Origin: Eledone cirrhosa
Lineage: Eukaryota
DNA: 64,000 nucleotides
NCBI GenBank assembly: GCA_964016885.1
Contig: OZ024747.1
Location: 34,224,001-34,288,000, forward strand
Direction: 5' to 3'
Shown: piece after piece, positions 25,893 to 38,715 of the stretch
Layout of the letters: every line of letters starts with the position of its first letter
Numbering within the stretch: the first letter of the stretch is position 1
Notes under the pieces: generated by a model
What the model was told of the DNA's origin: nothing
Databases searched by the model: none
The model's input: only the letters and a program-made list of their open reading frames with translations
Translations under genes and position numbers: made by a program

Positions 25893-27012
25893 CAAAAATA
25901 TAATGATAGATAATTACTGACACAAAATTAATTTTCTCGCCAGGTGAATAATGGTAACTTTTCTCCACATTTAAAGTCGTAATACATCAGTTTTAATTAC
26001 ATTTGAAATTATCATTTGCGTCATATATTTTAAAATAACAATGTTAAATTGAAAGTAGAAAAAAAAATGTTTTATAATGCTAAACAATACAAACAAATTG
26101 AAAGAATTAAGAGATTGTTCCATATCAACAAAAATATATATCATTCGTCTTCACTTGAAATAATATATAATACTGTCAGGCACGAGATATCAATTTTGTT
26201 TATTTATTAAGCCTGTGGAAAATTTGGCTTTACCATAGAAACGAAGTATTAGATTTAAATATGCCTAGTATATGTACAGGGATATTATATATATATAAAA
26301 TAATATGTGTTGCGAAAAGATTGTTTTGGTAAAAACAGGAGCAAGCAGGAGAAAGCTCTCAAAAGTCGTACTTTGTAGTTACGATGGAGATTCAGTATAA
26401 TAATAACATTAATGAAGATGCTGATGTTACATAAATCATTTAATCATTATAATTATTTCAACGGTTCTCTCATGCATTTGTTGTTGTTATGAGAACGGTA
26501 TCCTCAGATGAAATTCGATTTTGTGATATGCCGCCGGCAGGAAAAAAACCCGTCCTTTTGCCCGTGCGTCCAGCAGACATATGAGTTCTTGAAAGGGTTT
26601 CCCAGCCGTCGTGTTTAAAAGAGTAAAGTACTATCCAATTAGCGAAATCAGGATTCACGCACCCACCACGGAATTGGGGTCGTAAATCAACAAAAGGGTA
26701 ACCCCTCAAAGGTGTTGTGTTGATCTGTACCAAACGATAGTCTATGCGTAGCCAGAATCCAGCAGATATTTGAAGCAATAAACGGTAACTCTGAGGGAGG
26801 GTGAGGTATATATTTCGTTGACAGCCACATTCAAGACAACAGCTACAACAACAACAACATCACAATTCTGGTGGCATATCATGAGATCGAATTTAATCTG
26901 AGGATACCATTCTCATACCAAGACCAAATGTATGAATTACACTTTGATTTCATGGGAGAACCGTTGAAATAATTATGAATGAATGGTTTATGTAGCATCA
27001 GCATCTTTATTA

Positions 27013-27062
<50 letters not shown>

Positions 27063-27320
27063 CTGTGTGTATGTGGGTGTGTGTTTGTGTATAAGTGCGT
27101 TTGTGTGTGTGTGTATATCACAATGTTCGTCTTCTATTTCAAAATTCACCCTTTTAAGCTTTTAAACAATGCGTTCAAACAGAACGCTTCCTTGATTATC
27201 AATAGCATTATTTAAAATTATTTAAAATTACAACCTCGTGTCACGCAACACACATACACAAATATATAGTACGAAACTACAAATACATACCGAAGAATAG
27301 GTGAAACGTTATATATATAT

Positions 27321-28129
27321 ATTTTATTACTAATTATATCTAAATGTTTCTTCTCTCTTCATAATGTATTTTTAACTCTGATACTGGTTCAGTCTAGTTC
27401 AACCGGATTGGTCTGTCCCAGTCATTCATTGAGCAACATCGGTGAAGTTGGCACCCTTAATTCACGGTTGGGTGCGGATACATTCATGTATATGTGTGTG
27501 TCCGCATGTATCTGTGTGTTTCTAAATATATTGTTAATAACTCCCTCTGGTCGAGCAATCTTTGAGGTGTGGGGACTGCTGGAAAGCTTCCATTACTCAT
27601 ACTTCTCGCCCCCTTCACCACCTCTTCTACGGCTTCGATATAAATACCCCCTCCGCCTCCGTGGTATTTTCTTCGGGGTTATAAGAGGCTTAGCTCTGTT
27701 TCTCGACCGTTATATCGCGTGACTGTCTCCCCCTCCGCCTTTTGGGATTCTTTCTCACGTCGTGTAGACGCGTTCTTGAGACTAGTAAAATGAGGTATCC
27801 TCTTGATAAGTCGGCAGACCTCGCAAGGACTCTATATCTTTATGATGTATTGTTTTTGTTTATGCCACGAAACTACGTAGTCGAGGAATCTAGGAGCAGT
27901 TTAGGTATGATACATTTTATTACTAATTATATCTAAATGTTTCTTCTCTCTTCATAATGTATTTTTAACTCTGATACTGGTTCAGTCTAGTTCAACCGGA
28001 TTGGTCTGTCCCAGTCATTCATTGAGCAACATCGGTGAAGTTGGCACCCTTAACTCACGGTTGGGTGCGGATGCATTCATGTATATGTGTGTGTCCGCAT
28101 GTATCTGTGTGTTTCTAAATATATTGTTA
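27321..28129 (+). mobile_element. Retrozyme/pLTR-like element: 593-bp unit plus 216-bp terminal redundancy, one hammerhead
   Basis: 27321-27536 and 27914-28129 are direct repeats with two substitutions. (TA)n on both sides. Hammerhead at 27798-27887. Confidence 0.85.
27798..27887 (+). ncRNA. Type I hammerhead, U3-A8 variant, long stem II loop
   Basis: UCCUC-UUGAUAA-GUCGGCA...UGCCAC-GAAAC-UACGUA-GUC-GAGGA: 5-bp stem I, GUC cleavage triplet, palindromic ACUACGUAGU stem III. Confidence 0.8.
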
Positions 28130-28492
28130 TATATATATATATATATATACATACTTACAGTAAACATATTGACTAATCAGAGTTGCGCACCAATCAGCAA
28201 ATAATGATGCAATTCGATGCAGAAAAATAAATCAGATGCAAACATGACGGTATTATATCAAAGAAGATCACAGGTAGATCTGTTACATAGTGAAATTTAA
28301 TATCCAAAGTTTATAATATTGTATTCAGATGAATATGAACGGCGTTCAAGTGAGAACTTAGAAACTGCCAAATTGAAGTATGAACCCCTCTGTCGTCAAT
28401 GGCACTTTTCTACTTAGTATATATAACGTTTCTTAAATTCCGAAAAAAACAACAACATATTATTAAACATTTAAATTTCATCAAAAGCTGAA

Positions 28493-28588
28493 CTCATTGA
28501 AAAAGAAATTAAACCACCCAACAATACCGGAGCTTTCATTCTCATTGGAAAAGAAATTAAACCACCCAACAATACCGGAGCTTTCATT
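28493..28588. repeat. 48-bp tandem duplication
   Basis: CTCATTG(A/G)AAAGAAATTAAACCACCCAACAATACCGGAGCTTTCATT x2, one mismatch. Confidence 0.9.
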
Positions 28589-29049
28589 ATCATTGTCTGC
28601 AACATATAAACAATAAGAACAATGAAAATAAAATTGTGGACATTCGTGAGGCAGCTTTATTGTATATATGTTTGTGTATGTTGAAGATAATGTAAGATAT
28701 ATCTTGAATAACATGATCTACAGTAGTGAATTGTATGATATTTTTGGAGTACGATTATCTCTGACATTCATCCCATGATTCCTGATATTAGGATTATTGA
28801 AAATTACTTCAGTTGCAAAGACATGTTCGGAATTCCTCATCCAGAACTTATAATGTAATATTCTGAATGAAAATATTATGTCACAAAAACGTACCATAGA
28901 AAGTTCATAGAATTTGTAATGAGGAAATCTCTGTCGATAACGTTGTGAAGATGGTGAATTTCAGTAAGTTAAATGGCTTAAATAGTTTGTGTTTTCAAAA
29001 TTACTCAGCTGTAGGAATGAGATGATAGGACTGGGGTCCCCATTATTCC

Positions 29050-29289
29050 ACTGCAAAAGTGGTCGTGGAGGTGCCACGACAAAAAGCACCCAGCCCACAC
29101 TGTAAAGTGGACGTGTTGGCGCCACGAAAAAAAAAACACCCAGTTCTCACTGTAAATGAGGTAGGTGTTAGGAAGGGAATCCATCTGTAGAAGTCAAGCC
29201 AGATTCAGCAAGACAAGGTCAGCCGACCGGACACTGCCCACAACAAGATAACCCATGCTAGCGTGGAATAACGGACGTAAAACGGTGAC

Positions 29290-29318
<29 letters not shown>
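29050..29318 (+). mobile_element. SINE 3' portion with (GAT)n tail
   Basis: AAAAGCACCCAG..ACTGTAAA internal duplication, GTTAGGAAGGG.ATCCA.CTGTAGAA and AACCCATGC..GC.TGGAA.AACGGACG followed by (GAT)n. Resembles octopus SINEs with RTE-like tails, from recall. Confidence 0.65.
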
Positions 29319-29320
<2 letters not shown>

Positions 29321-30411
29321 AAAAGGGTGGTTCTAAATATTTAATGTTTCATTTTATTTCGACAGTCGTATTTGCGAATTGTCGAGTGGCTGGCTGTCCT
29401 TTAACTTGTATCGATAAATTGAACAAGGAGATATTTGTGAAATATTACATGAATAGCTATGGTGTTCAGAATTATTCTATTTATATTTTTAACTTTCTCA
29501 GCAATTTGAATCCCACACTTGCAAGGTAGGAAATGAATTACTTTGACATCGATTTCAGGCGAGAGAATGTTGTTGATTATATAAAATAAATAAATAAATA
29601 AAACGAAATTTCAACATGATTTCCCACGCTAGTCTCACAAGGAAATATTATGATATCAAAGAATCTATTTCTGATCATTTGACATTATCGGGAAAAAGAC
29701 ACGTATTTCTGGATTTGAGCGTTGAACCATGCGGCTGAAGATAATCATTCATGAGATCTGAGATATATAAATTATCACTGAAAATACAGAATAAATTATT
29801 GAACTAATGAAGGATCGCTACAGAAAAATAAACTAACTATTCAGAAATGGAATTAGATGCTTTTAGATAGAAGGTTTAATGTAAGGAAAGCTTTGTATTG
29901 GATTATTCAGAGCTCAATAATTACCTGTGTGAAATTGGTGTCGCTGTTATTGTTAACACGAAGACTAAGGACGGAGAAAAACTGAAACTATGAAAAGTAT
30001 CTGTACTTGCCACCAAAGTCAAATATTTCATAATTGATATCATTTTTAACGTATGTCAACTTAAATTATTTAAAACTATATTTATATAAATGTTAAGTAA
30101 TGTTTAAGTACTGCGTTAATATAGTGCTTTCGGTATTCACAGAATATAGACGTCACGTATTTTAAGAGAAATGCGATAAGATGGCGAAATTATTCAAACA
30201 ATGGAAGCTTCTTTATGAAGTATAATTCTTTATGAAGTATGAATACAAGATGAAATCTTGGGAGAGCGGTATTTATTCATTTAATCGTTATCTTTAAGCT
30301 GATTTACCTTCAATATAACATATATTTTATTCAAGATCTCATGGAAACCAAGATAAAATTCACTCAGGGTTTTTCGCTTTTCCTCATTGGCACGCACATA
30401 AACAATTATTC

Positions 30412-30480
<69 letters not shown>

Positions 30481-30483
<3 letters not shown>

Positions 30484-31075
30484 TAAGAATATTTTCGAAA
30501 CAGCGAGTGGGTTTGAAATTATTAGAAATGTAAGCTATCGCCGTATATTGACTAAAGAAATTAAAGAAATTATTTAGCCTGATAGTGGGGTTAAGAAACC
30601 TCGAAGAAATGGAAAAAGATGAGTATTGACGTACGTACGTCAATACTCATCTTCTTCCATTTCTCCGACGGTTCTTCACCCCACTATCAGGCTAAATAAT
30701 TTCTTTAATTTCTTTAGTCAAAATACGCCGATATTTGAAAAAGTTACTTCCTTGTTCATCATCTTACCAGAAGCCGGACATTTTTTATGTAGGCTGACGG
30801 TAACTGATTTAGGAGCCGCAGAAACCCAAATGCTGGAATTTACCATCTTTCCAGGGGGTGCGGGTAAATTTTTCATTCATATATATTTTTATTTGTCTGA
30901 CCCGAATTTTCTTGGTCGTATTTTTGGCTGTGCGAATGATTGTTTAATCATCGTCTCAGTGTGTTGGTATTAAACGTTAGTTATAGCTCTGATTTATCCG
31001 AACAATTGAGCATTTTGCCGCACATTTCGAAGATTGTGTTTCGTTATTTCGTGGGGCGGTAATTTATTTGTATTT
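30481..31075. mobile_element. Fold-back element with a spacerless ~200-bp palindrome
   Basis: Arms span 30536-30733 with a perfect 38-bp core at 30616-30653 centred on GTAC|GTAC. (TA)n on both sides. Confidence 0.7.
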
Positions 31076-31154
31076 ATATATATTATATATATATATATAT
31101 ATATAAGTATGTATCAGCCGCAGTAAGAGTGAGAAATAAAATTTCATTTTTTCC

Positions 31155-31184
<30 letters not shown>

Positions 31185-31185
<1 letters not shown>

Positions 31186-32958
31186 CCACGATAGGTTAAC
31201 GGAGCATTAGACTCTCGCCATTCCCTGTAAATAATGTGCTCAAAGGAGAGGAAATCCGGAGCTCTTTAAAATACAATACGTTCAAAAGGTAACACACTAG
31301 AGAGAGATACAGTGCCCTATCAATAAAACATGGAAAAAACACCAGTGTATGGAGTCTATAACCTATGAAAGACAGACTATAGACACGATAATTAAAAGTA
31401 TAAATTAAAGCGTAAAGAAATACCTCTATAACTATATAACACACGTGCAAATTCAAAGAGATATGTTTCGCCAGTAAGTTGTTGACAAAAATGAAATAAT
31501 CGCTGTTCTTCAGCGTGTGTAAGGCTGTACATTTCAGATAACACTAAGAGAATTTAAAAGTAACTGTCCAGCTACACGTGGGAGAGAGAAGTCACAGCAT
31601 GTTTAAGGGCAGTGAACCAGTGGCCTTTGAGGGACGAGCTGCTAGAAAGGGCAGCCCAAAACCACTCACAGAAGTATGCTCAACCAAACACAGAGAGAGG
31701 AAAGACTGTTATAAGGAGCGAAATATCACGATAAATTGACGGGGCATTAGACTCTCGCCATTCCCTGTAAATAATGTGCCCAAAGGAGAGGAAATCCTGA
31801 GCTCTTTAAAATACGATACGTTGAAAAGGTAACACACTAGAGAGAGATACAGTGCGCTATCAATAAAACAGGGAAAATTGTATTTTAAAGAGCTCAGCAT
31901 TTCCTCTCCTTTGAGCACATTATTTACAGGGAATGGCGACAGTCTAATTCCCCGTCAATTTATCGTAATATTTCGCTCATCATAACAGTTTTTCCTCTTT
32001 CTCTGTTTGGTTGAGCACACTTCTATGAGTGGTTTTGGGCTGCCCTTTCTAGCAGCTCGTCCCTCAGACTCCACTGGTTCACTGCCCTTAAAGACGCTGT
32101 GACTTCTCTCTCCCACGTATAGCTGGACAGTCACTTTAAAATTATCTTAGTGTTGTCTGAAATGTATAGCCTTACATACGCTGAAGAACCGCGGTTATTT
32201 CATTTTTGTCAACAACTTACTGGCGAAAAGATATCTTTGGATTTTTGCGTGTGTTATATGGCTATAGAGATATTTATTTACTCTTTAATTTATACTTGTA
32301 ATTATCGTGTCTATAGTCTGCCTTTCATAGGTTATATATTCCATACACTCGTGGTTTTTCCCTGTTTTATTGAGAGCGCACTGTATCTCTCTCTATTGTG
32401 TTACCTTTTCAACGTATTATATTTTAAAGAGCTGATGATTTCCTTTCCTTTGAGCACATTATTTATAGGGAATGGTGACAGTCTAATGCCCCGTAAATTT
32501 ATCGTAATATTTCGCTAATCATAACAGTTTATCCTCTATCTCTGTTTGGTTGAGCACACTTCTATGAGTGGTTTTGGTCTTCCATTTCTAACAGCTCGTC
32601 CCTCAGAGGCTATTGGTTCACTGCCCTTAAACACGCTGTGACTTCTCTCTCCCACGTGTAGCTGGACAGTTACTTTTAAATTCTCTTAGTGTTGTCTGAA
32701 ATGTATAGCCTTACACACGCTGAAGAACCAGGTTTATTTCATGTTTGTCGACAACTTACTGGCGAAACAGATCTCTTTGGATTTGTACGTGTGTTATATA
32801 GTTATAGAGGTATTTATTTACGCTTTAATTTATACTTTTAATTATCGTGTCTATATTCTGCCTTTCATAGGTTATAGATTCCATACACTCGTGGTTTTCC
32901 CTGTTTTATTGATAGCGCACTGTATCTCTCTCTAGTGTGTTACCTTTTCAACGTATTG

Positions 32959-32965
<7 letters not shown>
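31185..32965. repeat. ~540-bp tandem array (~3.3 units) with an orientation switch at ~31877
   Basis: Period 540 (31201 vs 31741) in one orientation and 539 (31881 vs 32420; 32402 vs 32941) in the other. (TA)n on both sides. Each full unit carries CUGAAGA...GAAA. Confidence 0.9.
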
Positions 32966-33028
<63 letters not shown>

Positions 33029-33033
<5 letters not shown>

Positions 33034-33264
33034 TCAGAGCAAACAGCACGGACACTCTATCTCAAAATTATTTTTGAAAAGCATTTAGAAATGCGCAACC
33101 GGTAAAAACTTAAAAACTTAAAACCACAACTGAATACTAACCCATACAATCACTAATACTCTTTTATTCCTAATTAAACCATTTTTGAACTGTGAACAAT
33201 TTGTCAGCATTTTCTATTCCGTTTACCAATATATAATAACTTGTGTGTTACACCTCTATTCTTT

Positions 33265-33270
<6 letters not shown>
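33029..33270 (+). mobile_element. Solo 3' pLTR fragment of the Neptune-type family with variant hammerhead (33070-33108)
   Basis: Nearly identical to 10548-10790. (TA)n on both sides. Confidence 0.88.
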
Positions 33271-33305
<35 letters not shown>

Positions 33306-33660
33306 CTAAGACGGGTAAAATTCCCGAGATCCATGGACGAGTTCTCTCCAGCGGTCTCTGTCCCTCATTATCGCTGCCATATCCTGCATCTCCAACAGAC
33401 CAGTGTCTGTCCTTAGGGCATCAACATATGTTAACCTTGGTCTTCCTCTTCTAGTGTGTCCATGTAGGGGCTCCCAAAGGAAAACTGAGTGCAATGTCAA
33501 CTCTGGATGTCGGTGAGCATGTCCAGCCAACCTCAGTCTCCTCTGTGTCACTTTTGAGCTGACTTTTGGGATGCTCCCATACAGCTCTGAGTTTTTCATC
33601 CTCAGTGTATACTGATTAATGTTCAGAGCCATCCTCAGCATTCTCGTGTAGCACCCATCC
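33306..33660 (-). mobile_element. RTE LINE 3' fragment inside (TA)n (same family as 17082-17510)
   Basis: DGCYTRMLRMALNI...RRLRLAGHAHRHPE...REFYPS*. (TA)n on both sides. Confidence 0.9.
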
Positions 33661-33671
33661 ATATATATATA

Positions 33672-34830
33672 GATAAAAGTATGACCCCGATGATGGCAGA
33701 GCTCAAGCCATTTCGACTTGCTAAAAATAGTTAGTAAAGCGTATTCCGCGAATGCTATCTTACAATTACACGTTAATAAGTTGAGAATAGAAAAACATTT
33801 AGTAATTGTAGAAATGGATTAGTAACAAAAAGATAACAAATTACAGGGGGTCTAACACATCTGCTATAAATAGTTAGTAAAGCGTATTCGGCCAATTGTA
33901 TCTTGAAATTACAGGGGTGGGGGTACTGAGGTTACAGAGACCCGATGGGCTGCATCGGGGTAAGCGAAAGGGGAAAAACAGACGACGAAGAAGATGGGGG
34001 GTGGAAGGAAGTGATAGGATGAGACAGGAGGAAGAAGAAAACATAGAGAAAAAGAAAAGAGGTACATATACAAATGTAAGCTCGGGTTTCCCCTAACTTT
34101 TTTCCCCTTTCGCCTACCCCGATGCAGACCATCTGGCCTCTGTAGCCTCAGTACCCCCACCATTGTAATTTTAAGATGGTATTGGCGGAATGCGCTTTAC
34201 TAACTATTTTTAGCAGCTGTGTTAGACCCCTGAAAAGTTTGCTTTATATTTGTTCTCTACCCACTTCTACAATTTCTTATTTAGTATTTTCCATTCTCAA
34301 CTTATTAACCTTTTCTAAAGTTTTGGCCGTACAAACAACACCTACTAATTATAGCAGCTGTTTCTAGACCCTACTGTTTTTTTTTATTCATTTCTCACTA
34401 TATATTTTTTTCATATTTCTTTCTATTATTTTTTATTGTCTCCTACTCTCATTCGAATTACCTATTCTATAACTCCCCTCCTCCATTTTCTCCAGAACAA
34501 TTTTTCGACTTTTGATACACTATCGTTAGAATCTGCTGTATACATATAACTGTCAACGCTTGACCGGCTCCACTCACTCCCTCGTTGTTCTACAGGCAAG
34601 TTCAGCCACCCCTACCTCCCACCAAATGCCATGATAGACTTAGTTGTGTTTACAAAAAATGTTGACCAATCCTCTTGACAACTACAATCTTCCCATATAA
34701 GGAAGTACCCCTTGACAATTCGGCTATATATTCACCAGTCTAAAAATTCTAATTTTGTCCAGAGATAGCCGTCGAAACGGCTTGAGCTCTGCCGTCGGGG
34801 TCATACTTTTTCCTATTCCCCACTATTTAC
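33672..34830. mobile_element. PLE pLTR-like region with inverted segments, upstream of the Naiad-type ORF
   Basis: ~33720-33978 is inverted relative to ~34098-34310. 33676-33716 is inverted relative to 34771-34810. Hammerhead at 34703-34808. Confidence 0.75.
34703..34808 (+). ncRNA. Type I hammerhead, U3-A8 variant, with full stem III
   Basis: AAGUA-CCCC-UUGACAA-UU-CGGCUAU...AUAGCCG-UC-GAAA-CGGC[UUGAGCUCU]GCCG-UC-GGGG-UCA-UACUU. Predicted cut after C34796. The first two stem II pairs are mismatched. Confidence 0.75.
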
Positions 34831-36575
34831 CCTATGTACGAAGTTAATAATAACTTACATGAACAACACTTAACAGATAACATCACCTCTAAATACCAAA
34901 TAGCTAAAATAAACACCTATAATGCTATTAATAAGGAAGCTAAAGAAGTAGCTAGTTTTTTAAAATAGACAATAGAACAGAAACACTTGCTAAACGTAAT
35001 GCCTATATCACCCTCAAACATCACAAACCTGATTTTATTAATCGTCCTAGTTGTAGATTAATCAACCCTGCTAAGACTGAAATCGCTCTTGCTAGCAAAA
35101 AAATATTAAATAATATAAACAAACATATTAGAAGTAAGTCTGAATTACTCCAATGGATAAATAGCTCTTCCGTAGTACATTGGTTTAATAATATTAAAAA
35201 TAAAAATAGTTCTAGATTTACCCAATTTGACATTGTAGACTTCTACCCGTCTATTACTCACCCTCTTTTAACGAAATCATTAAATTTCGCTAGAAAGTTT
35301 ATCAATATTTCTGATATTGAAGAGAATGTAATTTTGCATGCTAGAAACACTCTACTATTTACTAATAATGACACTTGGGTAAAAATTCTAACCCGGAGAA
35401 CCCATTCGATGTCTCAATGGGTTATTTTGACAGTGCTGACGTGTGTGATTTAGTCGCCCTATTCCACCTACACACACTTAAAGAAAAATTCCACTTCGGG
35501 CTTTATCGCCACGATGGTCTAATACTTTCCCATACCACCATAGGCCATAACTTAGATAGATTCAGGAAAGACTTAATAAAAACCTTCGCTAGTTTTAATC
35601 TTAAAATTATCAACTTTCTAATGTTCATTTTCTAGATAAAAACCTAGATCTGCCTACTGCTTCTTATAAACCGTACCATAAACCTAATGACAATTTAAAA
35701 TATATAAATAAAGGCTCTTGCCATCCTCCTATAGTTTTTAAAAATCTTATCCCTAATATTAGCCGTAGGATCTCCACCCTCTCTTCCTCAGAAGCTATTT
35801 TCAATAAAGCCCCCCCCCCCACTATAATAAACCCCTTCAAAATAGAGGATTTAGCGAACCGATTAAGTACATACCCAACAATACTAACTCCTTTAAACAT
35901 AATAATAGGAAAAGAAAAATAATCTGGTTCACACGCACCTACTCTTTACCAGTTAAAACTAATATAGCAAAACATTTACCTTGAACACTTAGATACTATA
36001 AGATGTTCAATAGAAACTGTGTCAAAATTAGCTACTCCTGCGGTCCCCCTATTAAATCTTATATCATCAATAGGAAAATACCCAGAGAACATCAAAATTG
36101 CTCCTGTAGAGTCAAAAGTGAATGCCCATTACAAGGTAAATGCAACACCAAAGCCATTGTATATGCGGCTAAATTGACAACCATCAGCAACAACCTACCA
36201 GCCACCAGCGAACGATATGTGGGTATGACACAAGACAAATTCAAAACGCGTTATTACTCACATGTCGCATCTTTCCGACATCCTGAAAAAAGATTTACAA
36301 CAGATCTGGCTAGCAGAATATGGGATTTGAAAGACCAAGGTATACAATATAAATTTGATTGGTCAATATTGAACCAATCTAAAGAATATGCAAGAGGAAC
36401 AAGAAGATGCACACTCTGCATAAGTGAAAAATATTGGATTTTACAGAACCTTAAATCACCAAGAACTTGCCTAAATACAAAAACAGAAATGTTCACCAGT
36501 TGCCCACACATGAAATCACACTTGCCTTCCAGCTCATATAAACTTAACTCCCTTTCAGATACTTATCCGCCATAA
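34830..36575 (+). pseudogene. Decayed PLE RT + GIY-YIG ORF, Naiad/Chlamys-like
   Basis: AYITLKHHKPDFINRPSCRLINP; FDIVDFYPSI; FDVSMGYFDSADVCDLV; GLYRHDGL; SCHPP; CSCR..ECPLQGKC..KAIVY...YVGMT...FKTRY..H...IWDLK...CTLCISEK...LN...E...CPH. Confidence 0.88.
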
Positions 36576-37056
36576 ACTCTTGTTCTTCACTTTCCTTAAC
36601 TTACCTTCTTTACATAATTCTCTTTCTCATTTAATTATATTTTTATTTTTAACTTTATTTTTACTTCACATACACCAGTGATCATCCCCTGCTTTTGGAT
36701 TCACTTACCTTATATCTTCACAGTTTTACATATGTTACTTCCCCCTTTTTTTTCACTACCTGATATCACATGTCACGTGAGTTTTCAACTCTAGATATAT
36801 TCTGCTGTCCCTCAGCCGCTTTTATGTATGTTTACTTGCGTATAATTTGTACTCATTTACTCATCCGGCTGGTTTTTATATTGTATGTATGCGTGTAAGT
36901 GTGCATATGTGTGTATACGTGTTTGTATAGGTATACGAATGCATTCGTATGTGCGCGTGTATGTGTGTGTGTGTGTGTGTATGTGTATTTTTATATCTGT
37001 TTTTTATATACTTATATATATGTGTGTGTGTGTATATGTATATATATATATGTATG

Positions 37057-37089
<33 letters not shown>

Positions 37090-37854
37090 GTCGCATTCGT
37101 ACGTGTGATTAGATGTACATGTATGTATATATATATATGTGTGCTTCGTGTGTATGTATGCGCGCTTTTGTACGTATGTACGCATGTATATGCTTTTGTC
37201 TGTACGTATTTATATATATATTTATATATATATATGTGTACGTATGAACCTCTGTATGTTTTCTATTTTTTCTAGTGTTACTTTATAATTGATAACCCCT
37301 CCCTCTTACCTTCTCTTTGATTTAAATTTTTTATTCTCATATATTTTTTCATTTTTTCATTTTCATATTTTTGTTTTTATATATGTGTCGACCTTCAGCC
37401 TGACACTACTTTGACTGATACACTCCCTTCCTTGTATATATCACATGCATGTATATTGTTGTGCGTGTGTGTGTGTTTATACGCGTGCTTTCATACTTGT
37501 ATGTGTATATATTTCAATCCTTAGTCCATTACTCTGTATGTACGCTAACTCTATTATCTTACAATTTCTTTTTTCAACATATATTATATACGTATTTGTG
37601 GTCACACATACACTGATATGCTTGCCCTCAAGTGTGTACTTACGCACACATTTTTTCACTATACACATGCATTTGTACATAAAGACCTATGTACATTTGT
37701 AGGTGCATATACACACATTTATACACATACCCTTACTATATTTCCTTATTTTATTTTCATATATCTCTTGCATTACTTTTCTTTATATATATTTTTGGCC
37801 CGTTAAACTTTTGCCTTTCTTGAGGAGATTTTTCAAATATTTTACTATGTTTTA

Positions 37855-37932
37855 AATTGCCTTGTCTGACGAACAAATGAGGACGTTTCTTGTATTCGTC
37901 TTATTCGGGAAACCTCTGGTAATGAGGTAATT
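37855..37932 (+). ncRNA. Type I hammerhead at the 3' end of the Naiad-type tail
   Basis: AAUUGCCUUGU-CUGACGA-(A)CAAAUGAGGACG...CGUCUUAUUCGG-GAAA-CC[UCU]GG-UA-AUGAGGUAAUU. Stem I is 11 bp including three G-U pairs, the core is canonical, and the base of stem II is imperfect. Confidence 0.75.
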
Positions 37933-38122
37933 ATATTGTATTGTTTATTATGTATATATATATATATAGTGCCAATCGTATATGTAATATAGAATATGCT
38001 TCAATCAATCCCGGTTGGAGCTGTATAAATGAAGTAATTCCGTCGGAAATATCCAGGAAAAAGAGTGCTCTATGTAGGTAACAGAGCGTAATAGTTATGT
38101 AATAAACAACATGAGGCAATTA

Positions 38123-38182
38123 TTCCATTTTCCAGTGGTTTCTTAAAAGCAAAAGATTTTGCTTTCAATCCTCAGAATGAAA
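38123..38182 (-). ncRNA. Hammerhead copy with a disabled cleavage triplet
   Basis: Same as 39503-39562 except GUA is GAA. Confidence 0.55.
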
Positions 38183-38357
38183 AAATCCTGGTCTGTTTAT
38201 TGAATTTGGATTTTAAAAATAAAAATGCAATCTATATGAAAGTGAGGCTAGAGAAGGAAGAAGGAACGGAAAAACAAAATAAAACTACACATGCAAACAC
38301 ACACACAAAAACACGCACACTCACACACAAAAGCATACATACACACACATATACATA

Positions 38358-38441
<84 letters not shown>

Positions 38442-38683
38442 TATACATACATATATATATACATATACATACACTCATACATACACACACACACATATAC
38501 ACACATATATATGTGTATATAAATACATCAAACCCATACATATACACATATATACATAAGCACATAAATATCAACATATCCATACATACACAACCATATA
38601 TACAACCACACACACATATATACACACATACATACACATAGAAACATAAATATAAATACATATACATACACACATATACATAC

Positions 38684-38715
<32 letters not shown>

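Noticed and set aside
26168-26191. 13-nt match to the 5' end of miR-8 (TAATACTGTCAGG)
   Set aside because: The 3' half diverges from the mature miRNA and no convincing precursor hairpin forms.
34830-36575. Selenocysteine-encoding Naiad (in-frame TGA plus SECIS)
   Set aside because: The cysteine positions I could read (SCRLINP, VCDLV, SCHPP, SYSC, CPL, CTLC, CPH) use TGT/TGC, and no SECIS was recognised.
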